Of a DNA stretch of 64,000 nt, positions 54,102 through 64,000 are shown in pieces. Position 1 is the first letter of the stretch. Every line of letters begins with the position of its first letter. A model generated the notes under the pieces. It did no database searches. It was not told the origin of the DNA and saw only the letters and a list, made by a program, of their open reading frames with translations. Source of the DNA: Octopus vulgaris (taxonomy: Eukaryota); the NCBI GenBank assembly GCA_951406725.2, contig OX597815.1:11532001-11596000 (forward strand). The letters are read 5' to 3'. A program made the translations under genes and the position numbers.

Positions 54102-55818
54102 CAAACAGATGGATAGTGAAATAAAGGAGATCACTAATGCCGAAGTAATCAAATACCTGGTCTATGATTTGTTACGAAACACAGCAGAGTTTTCCCCATT
54201 TCGTTATAATGCGTTGAAAGAATATTAGGAAGCGATTTTTCGCCAGAAATATATGATGAAATTCAAAAGATATCAAACGATATTCTGGTGGGAGAGGAAA
54301 TGTTATGGTTATATTCTTGATTGTAATTTCAGACAAAATAACATGAAATTCTGCCTTGATTAGTTGTCAAAGACATTACTAAAATAGTCCAGTGAAAGTT
54401 GATATACATCAAGCCATGCTAATTCAATCGGAATTAAGAAAAATACAATACTGGCTAAAAATAACAAACACGTAGCTAGTCTAATTTGCTACTCTGTTTC
54501 GATTCGTGCTTCCATTCAATTCTTGTAGAATAGTTAATATTTGTACTTTTACTATTTCATCCCAGGTTAGATTTGATCAAAGAGCTTCATATTATTTATA
54601 TAGACATAATGCAGTATCAAGAAATAAATTTTTTAATTGAATGATGAAATGCTTGAATTGGTGGATCTTTGACTTCTAATTCTGGTATTTGATGCAACAA
54701 CATAGGTACTCCGAAATTGGCTCTTTTCTTCTGGAATATGTATACATGCCATAACGCATCGTAATCTAAAACGTTGACCATTGGGTCCGCAGTAGCATGC
54801 TCGTGGTGAAAGTTCCATGTTGGGGCTGGTGTTAAAACGCTTGAGAAATTTCTGAAGATTAGAGGCAGAGGTTGTTGGTGTTTGCAATTGTTTATAACTC
54901 ATCCGACGTTTATCCAAATATCAAATTACAAAAGAAATAGGCAAACAGATACCTTCGAATTTAAAAATAAATATAGGAAGAACAGTAAATATGGTGTTCG
55001 GTGACGAAGTATCATAGTATCTAGTCAATATGTAGGGGTCCCTGAAACACGTTTTGTTGTATCTGTCATCGATAGCATTATAATTTACCGCCATGTTTCA
55101 CTTTCAGTATGTATATGTGAGTCTATGAGAGTTTCAAAATGGTTTCTCGATACACTAGAAATGGTAGCCAAATTTTGCTCAAATCCCGCTCTAATAACTT
55201 TAAAAGCAACGAAATAGCACATTAGTTATAACAACAGCAATAGAAACACCATCTGAATAAGAGACAGGATGGATTTGCAATTTGTTTATAAGTCGACTCG
55301 AACAGGTCAGGCAACTAGAGAAAGGACAAGAACGTGGACTCTAACAACAAAAAGAAAAAGAAATCTACAAACAACACCACTCGAAATGAAAAAAAATGCT
55401 ACTGTTGTTTATCTTCAATTCAGCGCTCATGTGGAAGCCATATGATCAAAAAATTCCTGCCGTAGCTATCTCGTAGTTTAAGAGTATCTAAGTTCACATG
55501 TTTGATGTCTGCTTCTAGTTATTCATAACAACGGGATGTAATTCGAGTCATCCCTCAATTAAAAATCTACTTCTTTACATTGCATTATGTCTGAATAAAT
55601 GATATGAAGTGCTTTGAATCAGTGCTAACCTGAGGCGAAATAAGTGTACAAACAACCTTTTAAAAATGGACATTTCTTCGTTGCTAGCAGCAGGAATTAC
55701 TATAAATATAGACGCGTTCCCTTTATGGTGATACTGAAAGCGGAAATGTGTATTCCAATTAGTTTTACACTTCATGTATAGTTTTATACTTCATATTTGC
55801 ACTTTATATAAAGGGATC

Positions 55819-56205
55819 GGAGGCGCAATGGCCCAATGGTTAGGGCAGCGGACTCGCGGTCATAGGATCGCGGTTTCGATTGCCAGACCGGGCGTTGTGA
55901 GTGTTTATTGAGCCAAAACACCTAAAAGCTCCACGAGGCTCCGGCAGAGGATGGTGGTGATCCCTGCTGTACTCTTTCACCACAACTTTCTCTCACTCTT
56001 ACTTCCTGTTTCTGTTGTACCTGTATTTCAAAGGGCCGGCCTTGTCACTCTCTGTGTCACGCTGCATATCCCCGAGAACTACGTTAAGGATGCACGTGCT
56101 TGTGGAGTGCTCAGCCACTTGCACGTTAATTTCACGAGCAGGCTGTTCCGTTGATTCGGATCAACCGGAACCCTCGTCGTCGTAACCGACGGAGTGCTTC
56201 CACAC
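55819..56205 (+). mobile_element. tRNA(Arg)-like-headed SINE family C, full length, with 52-bp flanking direct repeat
   Basis: GGAGGCGCAATGGCCCAATGGTTAGGGCAGCGGACTCGCGGTC..GGTTTCGATTGCC head and (CA)n tail. Direct repeats at 55767-55818 and 56206-56257. Confidence 0.9.
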
Positions 56206-59200
56206 ACACTTCATGTATAGTTTTATACTTCGTATTTTCACTTTATATAAAGGGATCAGTTAAATGAGTATTGTATATATTCTGTCATTTATTATGAGAA
56301 TATTGTTCATGGTCGTCGTCCTTCAGGTTAAGTATTGTGAACGTATTTCAGCTGGGTACTGAAACTGCGTAACCATGCTAACAGATTTAGAGTGTACTTG
56401 TTCATTTGCAGCGGTGTTATGTAACTTAATATTTAATTGCAAAACATATTTATTAAAATTCGTATCATATTTTATATTATTTTTAATGAGCTTTTTGAAT
56501 GAGAATTCCGCAAAAATCTATGGAATATTCCCATAACATTGCTTTTATTGATTAGAAAACCAAATTTGGAGTTTCACCTTTGCGGTTAATCTAATGATAT
56601 ACATAACTATTATTTATGGGCAGAAAACACATGAAACTTGCACTGAAATGTTTTTCCTTTCTGGTATGAAATTTCAGTTTCTCAAGAGACAGCATTTGAA
56701 TTTTATGATTGTAATCATTGCATTTATATAGGAAATCGAATTGCCAAACATTTAATTAAAACACACTTGTTTTTGTATTTCTCTTTCAATTTCGTAAGAA
56801 ACGTTCTACAGATACGACGGAATAAAATTATGTAACAAGACTGTGAAGCATCAGTAGCCCTTTTCATTGAATTCAATTACTCAAGTGAAGGATAAATATA
56901 TCAACCGCGATTCGAAACCAGATGTATGTGGCTCGTCTGCAGATTGTGAATTTTTATTTTACCAATATATCACTTTTCTTTTTACTTACATTCAATCATT
57001 TACGGCTGTTCTGGAGCACAATCTTCAAGAGGTTCCCCTTCATGATAACGATCACATGACGTAATATAGTCTAGTGGTTATTTTATCGAATACAACCTAT
57101 CGAATCTTACATGGCATATTGGTTTACACCGGCAATTGTAAACACCGAATCAGAAAAAGACACACGCATAACCTCTGACATCGTGTAATTATACAATTAT
57201 GCAACCAGTGGTTTAAGTTTTCTGCTCCAAATTCCACTCCCATGTAATCCAAAACAACAGTAGAAGAATCTTGCCTAAAATGCCGCAAGGTGTGGCAGAA
57301 CGCAGAACCTAGTAGTTCAGAAAAGAATTTCTGAAGCATACAAGCCTTCTCAGAATCTATAACGTGTAAAATACATATTTTCTAGGTTTCATATTTGGTC
57401 TGTTGTTGAAACACATCCTACTCCTATTTATGCTTACCTTCACTCACAAGTGAGTACCATCTGGTAGCTTGTACCACGCTTACATTAACTGTTTTAGGTC
57501 GGTATGTTATCATGCGCAGATATATATGCCTCTTCTCTCTTTGCCCATGACTTGAATAAACGAAGATGCGAGAGTGGCTGTGACGACAGTATGCACCGGG
57601 ACTAGCGTGGTACACATTTTTAGCCAGGTAGACAGGAAAAGCAAATAAACATGACTCATGGTTATGGTGACAACTTGCCATCTAGTAAAGGAATTGCAGA
57701 AACGATCATATACTTGTCCCTATATATATATATATACATCGATCAGACAAGATTGGCCGGTGTGATTCTTGTCCGATCGATGTTATTTCCCGTGTTAAGT
57801 TCTCTTTGTTTTTTTCTCTGCATATATGTACATTTTTATTTTAATATTGTAACTTTTTTCAAACATAGTCTTGCCTATCACATTTTAGCCTCGTGTAAAA
57901 TATATGTGCATAATTTTTTTCTTTTTTCAATATTAATATATATATATATATGTATAACTCCCTATGTTTATTTTTCTACTAGTCCATCTGTTACATTATA
58001 TTCTACTATACACACGTGTTAATTATACTTTGTATTCTACTATGCACGCGTGGCCTTCTTTATTATACTTTGTCTCGACATGTTACCATTTTTTAAACAT
58101 ACCTGTTAGCTTTTCATTCTTATTTTTATGTTATAGTTTACCGCACATATAGACGTGCATGCACATTGACATGTCTGTCTTTTTTTCTCTTTCGTCTCTG
58201 TTACTATTGTTATTACTATTATTTTTCCCCTTTTACAACTTGCTTGTAAATATCCGATTTTTTCCCCATTACTCCATTCGCATTCTCCCGTATTGTATCA
58301 TATTTTACTTTACTTTATTTTATTAATCCTTACAAAAATTCCTCACACTGAGAAAAATGACAAAGCATACATTTAATTATTATTACTACAGTTATAATTC
58401 TTTTGTTACATGTATGTATTGTCTTTTGAAACGCGCGCATGTATTGAATCCTATTTTGTATTAAATCTAATTTTGGTTCAACATCTTTTTCTCTTCCATT
58501 TTTCTATAACTGTTTATGGACATTTTATACATTTAACGATATTTTTCAACAAAAGGTGTGTGTATATATAACATAACTACAACTACATACATAGATAGAC
58601 ACAAGCCCGCACACACATGCACACCCCACACATATATCAGCGTAAAGCTGTTTTCCCCAAGTCAGAATGGAAAAGTCACTCTTTTAACATATACACATGT
58701 GAAATGAATTCTTTCAATCAAAATGATATCGTTTCGTTTGCTATTACTATACACATGTTATACCAATACAGGTAACGTATTCATCATCGTACTCAATACG
58801 GAGAGTTCAGTATTTTGTTTTGGGTGGAGAGGTGAGAACGTATGATATTTTCTCGTATTACTTCGTCAGAAAATGAAGTGTGGTGACAGTCACATGCCGT
58901 AGGTTTTCCGAGCTTGATAGCGGAAGAAACAAAATGCGGAAGAAAGGGACTCTATGTGTAGGTGCTAGTATTGAACCATGCAACGGATTAAATCTAGTCC
59001 CAATAAGACCCATACATCTTTTAGTCTTGTGTACAATACAACTCTACTTAACTCACGAAGCCTGAGCCAAGACACATTTATATGAAAGCAGAAAAAAATA
59101 TATTGAGGCGTTGCCTGGATTCCGTGGTGCATATATCCCCACACCAGAATGGGGCGTCAGTCCGTCAGAGATTTACTCATTGTTGCCCGCTGACTGGACT

Positions 59201-59902
59201 TGAGAAACGTGAAGTAATAGCTCAAGAAATCAACGCATTACCTAGGTCAGGAATAGAAACTACAATCTTACGGTGCAACACTCGAACCACTGACTCCATA
59301 TCCACACTATTACTTGATTAGTAACCCACAACGATTGTGGAACAAACTTCTGAACTATTCGGCTACGCATATGCTGAAAAGGGAAACGCTCTCTGAATCA
59401 TTACGATATGGAGATACACATTTCTTTTGTAAATAAAGTTAAGAATAGAGATAAATTACTATAGCATACAACGCTCAGGAAGAGATATTAGCTGCAGAAA
59501 CATCTTAGCCGTATGAGAGATTGGTTGAAATCTCAGAACCTAGAGGACATATAGAAATAGTATTGGCAATCAAATATAAAGGGGGCAAAAAAACTGGTAA
59601 CTCATACATCTTGCGGTCTATCAATCAGCTGCTTGAGCATTGATTGTAATATGTCACAACTTCTATTCATATACTGCATATATATAAAACAAAAAACTCT
59701 ATGCTTATCTTGTTTACACAAAATAAACAAAAGAAAAACATCATAGCACAGACATTACTAGACATGTGGTAATTGGTAAACAATGATAAAAAATTGAAAC
59801 CTAGGCATTACAGATAAACAAAATGTTGTTTCCACTTAACTGCAGACAAATATATATGTACGTTCACTTTTCTTTTTACTATAACAGTTTATACCTCTTA
59901 AA

Positions 59903-60127
<225 letters not shown>

Positions 60128-60479
60128 CGCGAACAGAAGTAATGGGGGAGCATCATAAACATGTGTCGAGAGGGATTCTTTGGGGTTTGAATAATGCACC
60201 TCTGGAAACATGGGTTTTTCGTTCAACATCCTTTGACAACCCTTATTCAAGGACCTTTTAAGTGGAATGGGTTACTTGACCATAATAAAATTCTAACTGG
60301 CTCCACCTGCAAGGTCATGTGCTGTTTATCTTGATATGAGATCACCATGTCGCGCACATATGGTTGTGATGCATGTGCCTAGAGCACCCTTATCAAATGG
60401 GTAGTCATGATGGGTATACTGGGCTTCGTATATTTTATCCCAGTGTCACTTCGATGTCATGCACTGCTCTCTCACTCAA
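60128..60479 (+). mobile_element. Element family D, 5'-truncated, with (TAA)n tail
   Basis: Reverse complement of 30929-31280; followed by (TAA)n/(TGA)n. Confidence 0.85.
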
Positions 60480-60487
60480 TGATAATA

Positions 60488-60556
<69 letters not shown>

Positions 60557-60583
60557 TTAATAATAATAATAATAATAATAATA

Positions 60584-60643
<60 letters not shown>

Positions 60644-61344
60644 CTCATCAACTTGATTTCATTTTGGAATTGACTGATGGCTTTCTAAAATATAAAGAAT
60701 ATATCAGAGATGGGTGCGTTCGCTTCACTTTATAGTGTATGCTGAAGATGATAGAAGAAACAAATCTGCTCTCTGGGTATTTCTGTGCTTCCACTTAGTT
60801 TACAAATATTATTGAAACGCTCTATGTTATTATATGAGAGAACTAGGACTATGAGAATGTGATTGGACAGAGACGCTGTCCTAACTGAAGATTTATAAAC
60901 ATACATACATATATTCATAAGCGCACACGCACACACACTCACAAAAACACACACGCATGCACATAGTTACTTTATATATGTATATACATGTATATATATA
61001 TAACTTACGACGCTAAACATGACACTTGATATTAACATACGGACGCAGCGGGGAACCAACACAAATTTCCACGACCAGTCATGTGACCATCCTCTACCAA
61101 TCGAACCCTATTCAAAACATATGCTAATTTTGAATCATGACCTTCCTATAAAAATAGGGTAAGCTTCAAACATTAGTCAGAAACAAAACCATGCGACATA
61201 AGCCATGTCTTTCTATTTTAACATTTTGAAAATCTTTATAAACTCTGAAACCGGTTAGATCCTTCAATATAATAATGAAATAATATTTTAACTATTCTCA
61301 GTTCATTTTCCACTCTATTTTCTCTATATTTCCAGCCGTGGGGT

Positions 61345-61759
61345 ATGCGAGTTGGCAGAAACGTTAGGAGGCCAGGCGAAAGGCTTAGTGGTATTTCGTC
61401 TGCCGTTACGTTGTGAGTTCAAATTCCGCCGAGGTCGACTTTACCTTTCATCCTTTCGGGGTCGATTAATTAAGTACCAGTTACGCACTGGTGGGGGATG
61501 TAATCGACTTAATACCTATGTCTGTCATTGTTTGTCCCCTCTATGTTTTGTCCCTTGGGGGTAATAAAGAAATAGATATTTCATCTGCCGCTACGTCCTG
61601 AGTTCAAATTCAGCCGAGGTCGACTTTGCCTTTCATCCTGTCGGGGTCGATTAAATAAATACCAGTTACACACTGGGGTCGATATAATCGACTTAATCCG
61701 TTTGTGTGTCCTCGTTTGTCCTCTCTGTGTTTAGCCCCTTGTGGGTAGTAAAGAAATAT
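61345..61759 (+). mobile_element. SINE family B, dimeric
   Basis: Head plus two units; the second restarts at about 61576 (ATATTTCATCTGCCG). Confidence 0.85.
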
Positions 61760-62814
61760 TACGTGGTGAATTAAAATGAATGAACTATAAAGTAATTTTC
61801 AAGCAGAAATGATTGCCGTTTTAAAATAAAATCCAATTGCATCGCTCTAATATGTATTTATAATAAATATTTTTCGTTTTATAAAATATGTTATTAATGG
61901 GAACAGTATTGTTTAACTCAAATAATTACAGGTAAATGATAGGTAAAAAATCTAATTAGTATATAGCAAACAAGGTAGATAATATCAAACACACTCCCTT
62001 TGGAGATGGACAAACAGAATGGCTGAGGCAATTATGCTTAAACGATTTAAATGACAGACAATTCATGACATGATAATTGATCCTGGCGCAGACTCTGTTG
62101 TTACTTCGCTCTACTCTGCTAAAATAAGCCAAAAATCAAATGTCTATCAGCTGTGTTTATTTGCATTTATTTGCATATCAGTATAATACATTGCCTTTTT
62201 TCTATTCATTTTAAAGAGAGTAGTTCGTAATTTTGAGAGGTTCGGCTGCTCTTCTTTCCTGTCTGGGCAAACACAAAGCAACAATTTTATTGAATGAGAA
62301 CGGTGCGAAAGAAACAGATTCATAAAGACTAGTATTGTTCTACACTGCTGAGAAATATAGTTTATTTTTTTGTTACGTGTGCAGTTTATTTCGACGTTTA
62401 TACTTTTGTGCAGCTTCTCAATACATTCCATGAGATTATTCTAATTTTCTATGAGGCAAGAAAACAATCTTTCATCGAAATGATAATGGGGGAAGCGGCT
62501 TTAATTATTGATTGACTTATTGACATTGTATAAGAGATGCTCACGTTCAGTGCCCAAAGGTATCTGGAAATGAGATGAAGTGAAGCTTTTATATTAAATT
62601 AATAATGAACATCTACTTCATATAAATTAAGTACTTTCGCGCGGATAGACACACTAACACGTGCGTGTGTCCTACAATACATACACGAACAAAAACACTC
62701 AGAAGTAATCACATATGTCCCTGAGTCTGTGTGTATGTCTGTGTGTCTTTCTGACTGATAGTTTATCTAACTACCTACCTACCTACCTACCTCCCTACCT
62801 ACCTACCTCCATAC

Positions 62815-62909
<95 letters not shown>

Positions 62910-63004
62910 AATAAATAAATAAATAAATATATTGTAAACATATACTTATGTGTAAATACATATATGTATATATATATACGTATATGTAATATATACATAT
63001 TTGA

Positions 63005-63050
<46 letters not shown>

Positions 63051-63094
63051 TTTATTTAAAGCAGCAGAAAATTCAACAAAACCTGTTACTCCGG

Positions 63095-63197
<103 letters not shown>

Positions 63198-63661
63198 TAT
63201 GTATGTATGTATGTACATATATACATCACACATCACACGTGTGCACTCTCACGTGTCTGTATTCACGCACACACACACACACATGTATACATATACAGAA
63301 GTATTAATATATTTTTATGCTCATATTGATATTATACACAATCCCATATGTCATGGTTGCTAGCTAGGATACTGAATTTATTTCTTTGGAATATTCTCTG
63401 CTGTGGCAACCATAAACGTAACATTTGAGATGTCAGACAGCAGTCATTAAGCTAAAGTTTGTTTCGTTTATGGAAGCTTTCAAATTTTACTGGCAACTTA
63501 AGTTGAAAATTAGATCATCAGCAGAAAGGTATACTTAAACATAGAGAGTTTTATATATTATTTAATAGAATATTTTCCCCCTCGAACATATGGTATTTTA
63601 AGAACTGTGATTATTTAGAAATAATATTTTCTTAAATCTCAGAAAATCGTTTTATATACAT

Positions 63662-63739
<78 letters not shown>

Positions 63740-63852
63740 AAGGGTGAAAAGGAACCTATATCAGAATGCCACCTATATCTGAACACTACTATAGAAATAT
63801 TCCTTTAAAAAAGCTTTTCTTCTATTTTTTTCTAAATTTAATTATTTAATCG

Positions 63853-63896
63853 TTACAGTTGAAAATGTCTCAAAATGACCGAAACCGGTACTGAAA
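63853..63896 (+). ncRNA. Minimal hammerhead motif, U3-A8 variant, in a ~210-bp element (63736-63947) flanked by (TA)n
   Basis: TTACAG-TTGAAAA-TGTC tcaaaat GACC-GAAA-CCGG-TA-CTGAAA. GUA site; one mismatch each in stems I and II. Confidence 0.6.
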
Positions 63897-63942
63897 TGTT
63901 CACTATAAAATTATTTTAGCATTTTCTATTTTTGACTTGTTT

Positions 63943-63999
<57 letters not shown>

Positions 64000-64000
64000 C

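Noticed and set aside
54633-54917. 94-aa minus-strand ORF in unique sequence
   Set aside because: No domain similarity or splice support; length is compatible with chance.

Overview
AT-rich eukaryotic genomic DNA, almost entirely intronic or intergenic. The SINE families and the extreme (TA)n/(CA)n/(TAA)n/(ATCT)n density suggest an octopus/cephalopod genome (inference). No host protein-coding gene can be called confidently, and nearly all listed ORFs are microsatellite translations. Recognisable content: several tRNA-derived SINE families; R4/Dong-like RLE LINE fragments clustered in (TAA)n arrays at 28-36 kb; CR1-, RTE- and L1/Tx1-like LINE remnants; mariner/Tc1 and hAT-Charlie remnants; and a Penelope-like (PLE) GIY-YIG pseudogene at 27.35-27.99 kb. 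The main signal is about a dozen minimal type I hammerhead ribozyme (HHR) motifs, mostly in short repeats that end at (TA)n tracts. They belong to several families that together show all four Watson-Crick versions of the core 3-8 tertiary pair (C3-G8, A3-U8, G3-C8, U3-A8). There is also a 635-bp palindromic insertion with a 14-bp TSD (11687-12321), each arm of which is tRNA-like Pol III head + (AAT)n + hammerhead + tail: an apparent ribozyme-bearing SINE mobilised by PLE machinery. All calls were made by eye without tools, so boundaries of degenerate elements are approximate.
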